Shown here piece after piece: positions 26,612 through 32,000 of a stretch of 32,000 nucleotides of DNA. Under the pieces are notes generated by a model. The model was not told the DNA's origin, did not search any database, and worked only from the letters and a program-made list of their open reading frames with translations. The stretch's first letter is position 1, and each line of letters begins with the position of its first letter. The stretch is from Desulfurococcus sp. (GTDB lineage Archaea; Thermoproteota; Thermoprotei_A; Sulfolobales; Desulfurococcaceae): NCBI GenBank assembly GCA_026626905.1, contig JAPNUX010000002.1, positions 62,229 to 94,228 on the forward strand. Direction: 5' to 3'. A program made the position numbers and the translations under genes.

Positions 26612-27421
26612 TCATATGAGCTCTGAGGGTAACTCGTCGGGCTTAAAGGCTACAAGAGGCTTTAACCCAGTAGTCTTAAGCAGGTTCACTACATGCGGGT
26701 ACAGTATAACGTACTCAGGGTCAATGCTTTCAGCTAGCCTTGGATGTATTGCTCTAAGTACTCGCTTTATTCTCTCAACACCCTTACTATCAGTGAAGCT
26801 TAGCATTACAGCCGGGTAAACCTCCTCGCCTGGTTCAAGCCCGTATTCAACTAGTAGTTTAATCGCCTTCAACTGGAATCCCCATGCACGTGGCTCTGCT
26901 CTAGTTAGCATTACGAACTCCTGTGGGCTTGTCCCCTTTATAGATACTCTAACACTTACTCCAGCACCATGGAAGCTTGCTAGTCTACGTGCATACTCCT
27001 CCCGGGAGCCTATGACTACTCCATTAGTTTCTAGAATGAAGTGGTATCCTCTGCTCGTGATAAGCTCTATCACTTTAATCAGGTGATCAAACCCTAGTGT
27101 AGGCTCACCACCACTCAACCGTATACGGTTTATACCATGCCTTCTAGCTAGCGAAGTTAAAATTTCCACGGCTTGGAGGGGACTATACAGTTCCCCCTTG
27201 GAGAAACCACCCCATGTAAAGTAGTATGCCCAGCAGAATCCACAGCGGAGATTACAGCCTACTGTATCCCCTGTGATTATACCGCCATACCATCTATCAC
27301 GGCGGAATCTATAGTACCTCCTATACTGCTCCCCGCCTACATAAGGTGCAACTACCGGTTCAAGCCTCGAATACAACTCCAGTGGGTCATACAATCCATG
27401 CTTCTCTTGCAAGACTACCAC
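26612..27421 (-). CDS. Radical SAM enzyme, subfamily unassigned
   Basis: The CxxxCxxC motif is CNLRCGFCWAY and the SAM-binding strand is RLSGGEPT. The protein is about 270 aa with no recognisable extra domain. Confidence 0.8.
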   Translation of the reverse strand: MVVLQEKHGLYDPLELYSRLEPVVAPYVGGEQYRRYYRFRRDRWYGGIITGDTVGCNLRCGFCWAYYFTWGGFSKGELYSPLQAVEILTSLARRHGINRIRLSGGEPTLGFDHLIKVIELITSRGYHFILETNGVVIGSREEYARRLASFHGAGVSVRVSIKGTSPQEFVMLTRAEPRAWGFQLKAIKLLVEYGLEPGEEVYPAVMLSFTDSKGVERIKRVLRAIHPRLAESIDPEYVILYPHVVNLLKTTGLKPLVAFKPDELPSELI

Positions 27422-27519
27422 GAAGACCTTAATTCCGTATATATCTTAATTAAGCTGCCAGCCTGCGGATGAACATGTAGCTCAAGTGAGCTGATACATT
27501 ACTCCCGGCAGCTAGAATA

Positions 27520-27528
27520 CATTTTAAG
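27520..27528 (+). promoter_or_regulatory. Candidate TATA box for tRNA-Thr
   Basis: CATTTTAAG is centred about 26 nt upstream of a point 10 nt before the mature 5' end. Confidence 0.3.
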
Positions 27529-27560
27529 CTCCCTTAGAATACTCAATAAAGCCTTGAAAA

Positions 27561-27662
27561 GCCGCCGTAGCTCAGCCCGGTGGAGCGCCGGCCTCGTAAC
27601 GGCTTGTCAAGCCGAAGTCGCTGGACAGCCGGTGGACGCGGGTTCAAATCCCGCCGGCGGCT
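27561..27662 (+). tRNA. tRNA-Thr (CGT) with a 28-nt intron at the canonical 37/38 position (about 27599-27626)
   Basis: Acceptor GCCGCCG/CGGCGGC, D arm GCTC..GAGC, anticodon stem CCGGC/GCCGG with loop CTCGTA|intron|A, and T arm GCGGG-TTCAAAT-CCCGC. The spliced length is 74 nt. TTATTTT follows the gene. Confidence 0.9.
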
Positions 27663-27686
27663 TTATTTTCAACATCATGGAGAAGA

Positions 27687-29105
27687 CTACATGACCTGGC
27701 TTATTCTTATCTCGTGCACATTGATATGCGGCCTCGCGTAAGTTTCAATAACTATGTCTCCAGGCTTTAAGCGGCCTGTCTCTACTAGTAGCTCTCGTAA
27801 TCTAGCTACCCCTCTCTCATAGTCACTTTCAGCTGGAAGAATCTTTGACATCTCAATAACGTTCAACCCGTATCTTAGTGTAAGCTTCTCAGCTAGTAGT
27901 TTATCGCTCACACCGATATACACTGAGGTTTGAGGTCTAAGCTTGGAGAGTAGTGTTGGCACACGCCCTGTTCTACTGAAGTCTACTATCACTCCTCCAA
28001 TACTCTCGCTCAGCAAGATTAATCCCTGAACATACTTCTCCAATAGATCTCTCACTGGGATAAAGCTTCTGTACTCGTTTACAATACTCCTCGATAACCC
28101 TAGCTCGGCTTTCTCTATTATCCTCTTAGCCCATTTAACGGCTTCAACAGGATACCTGCCTATAGCTGTTTCATTAGTTAGTAGAACTGCATCTACCAGG
28201 TTGAATACTGAGTTGTAGAGGTCGACTACATCGCTTCTACTAGGCCTTGGATTATTAACCATGGATTCAAGTACTTCAGTAGCCACTATAACGATCTTTC
28301 CCTGCTTCACTACCTCTCTAACTATCTGCTCTTGAATCAGCGGGATCTCCTCGAGAGGGAAGTGTAATCCAAGATCCCCTCTCGCTACAATTAAACCATC
28401 AGCGACTTCAAGTATATCCCTCATGTTGATGAAGCCGCTTCTAGTCTCAATCTTCGCTATAAGCCCCGGTGTCCATCCATGCATGGCGAGGAGGTCTCTA
28501 GCTATCTCTACATCCCTACGCTTCTTCACGTAGCTTAAAGCTATGAAGCTGGCTTTAACATCTGCAGCAAACTTGAATACCCTCTTATCCACCTCGCCTG
28601 GAAAAGATGCCTCGTACTCCTTCCCCTCTACGACTACTTTCTTTCTGGGCTTCGCTACCCCGGAGTTTAATGCTACTGCTCTAACAGCACTATCCTCAAC
28701 ATCCACTACGCGGAAGGATAGCTCGCCGTCACCGTATAGCAGCGTGTCTCCTATTGAAACTGTAGTGTAGAATGCCTTCATGGGTAGCCATATATTCTTC
28801 TCTCCCTGCCCATCGCGGTTGAGAGTGAAGACTACTGTGTCACCACGGTTTACTGTAAACTCTGTGAAGTCACCGCTTCTCGCCTGCGGGCCCGGCGTGT
28901 CAAGTATTAACGGGACAACTGTATCCAGCTCGGCTGCAACATCCCTAGCGATTCTAGCGTACTCCATCCATGATTTCTCATCACCGTGAGCACAGTTTAT
29001 TCTAACACCTGAAGCCCCCTCCTTAACCATTCTCTTAACTACATCATACTCAATGCTGCTAGGCCCAAGTGTCACTATGATTTTAACTCTACCCACAGAC
29101 CCCAC
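27687..29105 (-). CDS. pyk: Pyruvate kinase
   Basis: Motifs are IIVTLGPSS, RINCAHG, LDTPGPQ, AKIET, VARGDLG and TEVLESM. The GTG start directly abuts the TAG stop of the upstream gene. Confidence 0.95.
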   Translation of the reverse strand: MGSVGRVKIIVTLGPSSIEYDVVKRMVKEGASGVRINCAHGDEKSWMEYARIARDVAAELDTVVPLILDTPGPQARSGDFTEFTVNRGDTVVFTLNRDGQGEKNIWLPMKAFYTTVSIGDTLLYGDGELSFRVVDVEDSAVRAVALNSGVAKPRKKVVVEGKEYEASFPGEVDKRVFKFAADVKASFIALSYVKKRRDVEIARDLLAMHGWTPGLIAKIETRSGFINMRDILEVADGLIVARGDLGLHFPLEEIPLIQEQIVREVVKQGKIVIVATEVLESMVNNPRPSRSDVVDLYNSVFNLVDAVLLTNETAIGRYPVEAVKWAKRIIEKAELGLSRSIVNEYRSFIPVRDLLEKYVQGLILLSESIGGVIVDFSRTGRVPTLLSKLRPQTSVYIGVSDKLLAEKLTLRYGLNVIEMSKILPAESDYERGVARLRELLVETGRLKPGDIVIETYARPHINVHEIRISQVM

Positions 29106-29444
29106 CTAGAGCGCGTGGATAACATCCCTCAACCTGCTGCCTTCAGTTAAACCGAGTGATCTAGCTGTGCTTGTAGCATCAGCTATCCGTCCATCCAGTA
29201 GCTCCTCCAGTGAGCTTACACCCGGAACCCTAACAGCAGCTACTCTAAGCTTCTCAACTACACTAATATTGAGGAGCCCACACATAGCGAAACCTTTCTC
29301 TCCAGCCAGGACTATTAGTGGAGGACTGTTGGGTAGCGATACCTCAACACCTACAAGCTTCTTACCCTCCACCTCAATGATTTTAACTCTCACGGAATCC
29401 CGTGCATAGTATTGTTTAGCCACAAGCACCCCCGGTAGATGCAA
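29106..29444 (-). CDS. DUF1805 (YunC-like) domain protein
   Basis: IVLAGEKGFAMCGLLNISVVEKLRVAAVRVPGVSSLEELL matches the conserved core I recall for DUF1805. The true start is probably one of the internal GTGs (29429, 29423 or 29393), because an ATTTAAA box at 29459-29465 predicts a transcript start near 29436. Confidence 0.55.
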   Translation of the reverse strand: MHLPGVLVAKQYYARDSVRVKIIEVEGKKLVGVEVSLPNSPPLIVLAGEKGFAMCGLLNISVVEKLRVAAVRVPGVSSLEELLDGRIADATSTARSLGLTEGSRLRDVIHAL

Positions 29445-29536
29445 TACTCCCCGTCTTCTTTAAATCTCCCAGCGACATCAACGATGCAGCAGGCTCGAGC
29501 AGGAGTACTTGATACACTGCTATTTTGATTAGAAAC

Positions 29537-29667
29537 GGCACCCGATCCCAGCTCAGAACGGCTGCGAGGCCTCTCGGACCTCACGGCCGTTCTGACGTGG
29601 CCGGCTTAACTTCCGGGTTCGATACGAGACCGGGTGTTGCCCGGCCACTATGGCCGGGTCGGGTGCC
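29537..29667 (-). rRNA. 5S ribosomal RNA, stand-alone
   Basis: The reverse complement reads GGCACCCGACCCGGCCATAGTGGCCGGGCAACACCCGGTCTCGTATCGAACCCGGAAGTTAAGCCGGCCACGTCAG...GATCGGGTGCC. It contains the universal CCGAAC..GGAAGTTAAGC core, and helix I (GGCACCCGA/TCGGGTGCC) closes perfectly. Confidence 0.9.
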
Positions 29668-29692
29668 AAGCTACACTATTACGGTAGAGGGG

Positions 29693-29699
29693 TTTTAAA
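29693..29699 (-). promoter_or_regulatory. TATA box (TTTAAAA) for the 5S rRNA gene
   Basis: It is centred about 28 nt upstream of the 5S 5' end and overlaps the stop codon of the upstream gene (29695-29697). Confidence 0.5.
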
Positions 29700-30045
29700 G
29701 CGTTTCCTCGCTTGACTTCACAGAAGGGTATTTAATGAAGGCCTGCTTGAAGCTACCTTCAGGTTTATGGCTGGAGAGAACTCTGCTTTTCTCGACTGCA
29801 TATATGCCTCTGATCTTGAGAGTTCCACCGCACTTCGGGCACTTACCCCGCTCTAATCCAATGTAGTCTCCTGCCTCGAAGTCTCTTTCCAGCTTAAAGC
29901 CGCAGTTAACGCACTGTAATAGGACTCTCGTGACGCTTTCTTCTCTCTTCTCCCTTCTCGAGCGGGCCTCAAAGTAGAAGTATACAATGAACACTATGAG
30001 GAGAATGAGTAGTACTAGATTATAGAGAGTGTTTTCATCCAACAC
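29695..30045 (-). CDS. Membrane-anchored zinc-ribbon protein (hypothetical)
   Basis: The N-terminal TM helix is LYNLVLLILLIVFIVYFYF. The ribbon is CVNCGFK...(20)...CPKCGG. The GTG start lies 3 nt after the upstream stop. Confidence 0.55.
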   Translation of the reverse strand: MLDENTLYNLVLLILLIVFIVYFYFEARSRREKREESVTRVLLQCVNCGFKLERDFEAGDYIGLERGKCPKCGGTLKIRGIYAVEKSRVLSSHKPEGSFKQAFIKYPSVKSSEETL

Positions 30046-30048
30046 TCG

Positions 30049-31143
30049 TCACCCTGGTATACCCATAGTGTTACCTATACCGGCGACGAGTACTGTGGAG
30101 TTGGGCTTAGTATTCTCCTCTATTAACTTATCGATGTACTTTAAAGCTGCTTCAACGCTGTCGAATATCTCCTTGCGCATCGTGGTTATAGCTTCGCGAA
30201 GCTCCATTTTCACTACGAGGGCCCTCAGAGGGATACCATACTTTGATGCTGCTCTCTCAATTGCTATTTTCTCCGGGCCTGGATCCCCTATAGCTGCGCC
30301 AACACCCTCAGCTAGAGAACCTGTTGCTTCACCCTCCAGCTTGAGGGCTGCATCAACAGTTATTATGAGGTCTACTCCACCGTTAAGCTCCTCTACGAGC
30401 TTACTGATCACTGCGCCAGGATGGCCTACATTGCTTCCAGGCCCCTCGGCTTTAACCACGAATATCCTTCTATCCTTATACCGGATCTCGCTTACTGATG
30501 TCTCATCTAAGACTTTCGAGGATACTTTCTCCCCCATCTCTATGAGCCGGTATGCTATGAGCGGGCCTACACCATCACCAATAGGCTTGCCTGTAGAGAA
30601 GGCTTCGAATGCTTCATGGTAGGCGTTAACGTATCTCAGTATCTGAGGCATTAGCATCTGCAGCTGCATTATCAACACCCAGTTATTCTCCTTCTCACCT
30701 ATTAGAAGGTAGTGTCTAACCACCTTGTACAGCATGTAGAGAGCGCCTACTATCATAATGGATGTCTCGACAAGACTCCTCTCATACCTGCCTATATGCT
30801 TTAGGTTAGATTCGACGAGCCCCTTCACAGTTGAATCACTTGTTCTAATCAAGTGATCCATTCTCTTAATTATATCCACGGGTTCAACAGCCACGGGGTC
30901 GATGGTGAAGAACTCCATTAACCGATCCACGAGGACCTCGGGTGCCTGCAATCCTAGATTCATGAGCATGCTTCTAACCTTCCTTCTATCTTCTTCAACA
31001 ATACTTCTAATGAAGTTAAGCTTCATCCGTATGTCGGCAACCCAGATCTTCATCTGTATCTTCTGGTTGAATCCTGTTAGAATCAGCACGAATAGGATCA
31101 GCCAGGCTATCTGGACTATCAAGGATAATGTATCCCCGTTCAT
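30049..31143 (-). CDS. Conserved archaeal membrane-anchored protein, DUF1512-like
   Basis: 364 aa. It has an N-terminal TM helix (LIVQIAWLILFVLILTGF), a helical middle part and a Gly-rich C-terminal domain (GKPIGDGVGP...AEGPGSNVGHPG...GVGAAIGDPGPEK). The DUF1512 assignment is from memory and tentative. The ORF itself is solid. Confidence 0.55.
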   Translation of the reverse strand: MNGDTLSLIVQIAWLILFVLILTGFNQKIQMKIWVADIRMKLNFIRSIVEEDRRKVRSMLMNLGLQAPEVLVDRLMEFFTIDPVAVEPVDIIKRMDHLIRTSDSTVKGLVESNLKHIGRYERSLVETSIMIVGALYMLYKVVRHYLLIGEKENNWVLIMQLQMLMPQILRYVNAYHEAFEAFSTGKPIGDGVGPLIAYRLIEMGEKVSSKVLDETSVSEIRYKDRRIFVVKAEGPGSNVGHPGAVISKLVEELNGGVDLIITVDAALKLEGEATGSLAEGVGAAIGDPGPEKIAIERAASKYGIPLRALVVKMELREAITTMRKEIFDSVEAALKYIDKLIEENTKPNSTVLVAGIGNTMGIPG

Positions 31144-31208
31144 TCAGTCTCACCACATATTCTACTGCCACCAGCTTGCCGTGATATCTGTGAGTGCTTT
31201 AGAGGAAT

Positions 31209-32000
31209 TTAAATAGTGGTTATAATAACCTCCTTCTCGAGTACCAGGAATGTATGCTCGAACTGAGAGACCATGCCTCTAGACTTCTCAACTAGCACCG
31301 GGTAGGATTGAGTAAGACCAGCTCTAGCTAGCTGGCTTACAGCCGCCCGTGTATCCCTCGTGTACTTGTAGAGCCATCTCTCAGCGAATGGTAGAGTTCT
31401 TCTCTCACCGTAGAGTTTCTCGTAGATATCTCTAACCTCCGATGGAATTCTATTCTTCTTCTTAAGTGAGTATATTGTGACCTCCCTTGCTTCTTCAACC
31501 AAGCCCACGCCAGTTGATGCGAAAGGCTCAATAGCGTAAACCCCCGGCTCCAGTCTCCACCTAGAGAGTAGGTCAGCGTAGTTTGGTATGCTGAGGCCGG
31601 CGTGCAGAGTATACCAGTCTATGCTGTGACCACTAAGGTTTCTCACAGGCTTAAACCCCATGGATTTAACTGTATCCTCGATAATCCTCCCTATCTCGTT
31701 AGCCTTAACCCCCGGGTGGATTGCCTCTGCAACCTTCTCTAGGGCTCTACGCGATGCTTCCACAAGCCCCTCGTAGACAGGGCTTAAAGCTACTGTTGCA
31801 GCCGTATCAGCTATAAAGCCGTCTACATGGACACCTATATCTATTTTTACAACGGAGTCATTGGGGATCACGCTGCTATCACCTGGTATCGGAGTGTAGT
31901 GTGCTGCAATATGGTTGATGCTAATGTTCACTGGGAACGCTGGCTCTCCTCCAAGCTCTCTTATCCTCCCCTCTAAGTGCTCAGCTAGCTCTAGTAAGCT
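31209..32000 (-). CDS. map: Methionine aminopeptidase, type 2 (archaeal), 5'-partial at the window edge
   Basis: The metal-ligand context is DIGVHVDGFIADTA, GHSI, EPFAS and QFEHT. The frame stays open to base 32000 (LELAEHLEGRIRELGGEPAFPVNISINH), so the N-terminus is outside the window. Confidence 0.9.
   Translation of the reverse strand, partial: SLLELAEHLEGRIRELGGEPAFPVNISINHIAAHYTPIPGDSSVIPNDSVVKIDIGVHVDGFIADTAATVALSPVYEGLVEASRRALEKVAEAIHPGVKANEIGRIIEDTVKSMGFKPVRNLSGHSIDWYTLHAGLSIPNYADLLSRWRLEPGVYAIEPFASTGVGLVEEAREVTIYSLKKKNRIPSEVRDIYEKLYGERRTLPFAERWLYKYTRDTRAAVSQLARAGLTQSYPVLVEKSRGMVSQFEHTFLVLEKEVIITTI

Noticed and set aside
27452-27512. Inverted repeat AGCTGCC...GGCAGCT enclosing an AGCTCA-AG-TGAGCT hairpin and C/D-like GGAUGA / CUGA boxes upstream of tRNA-Thr
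   Set aside because: The C-like box lacks the 5' U, the boxes are 18 nt apart with no second box pair, and the outer stem is not adjacent to them. It most likely lies in the shared promoter region of the radical SAM gene and the tRNA.
29390-29584. 64-aa ORF on the minus strand
   Set aside because: It runs through the 3' part of the 5S rRNA gene and the promoter region of the DUF1805 gene, so the RNA gene explains it.
30029-30622. 197-aa ORF antisense to the DUF1512-like gene
   Set aside because: The minus-strand ORF is longer, has a coherent TM-plus-domain architecture and is coupled to its neighbour. The plus-strand frame is Ser/Pro/Ala-rich low complexity.

Overview
This is a gene-dense core-chromosome window that looks like a hyperthermophilic crenarchaeon, probably Desulfurococcales-like. 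That placement rests on Rpo8, TFE, a bifunctional FBP aldolase/phosphatase, thermosome, PAN, ABCE1, a PUA-less tRNA-guanine transglycosylase, an intron-containing tRNA, a stand-alone 5S rRNA, and TATA boxes about 26 nt ahead of starts. I support 33 protein genes, one candidate micro-ORF, two tRNAs (CAT and intron-containing Thr-CGT), one 5S rRNA and one candidate C/D box sRNA. I saw no CRISPR array, transposase, integrase, restriction enzyme or recognisable defence island. This is housekeeping DNA, so the findings are local anomalies and uncharacterised conserved-looking gene pairs, not a clear new system. The most notable observations are: (1) Two essential-type genes, tfe and tgtA, have their conserved N-terminal domains upstream of any canonical in-frame start, each with an ATG displaced by one base. 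(2) A tightly coupled tfe / C5-cytosine methyltransferase / small SPOUT-like operon. (3) An unannotated micro-ORF ending in a (Glu3-4-Trp)x5 tail, encoded by a 72-nt polypyrimidine tandem repeat. (4) A split archaeosine TGT. (5) A coupled DUF1512-like plus membrane zinc-ribbon pair. (6) A 22-bp perfect palindrome. (7) A partial surface protein with a roughly 200-residue Ser-rich coiled-coil stalk. All family assignments come from motifs read by eye. No database search was run.
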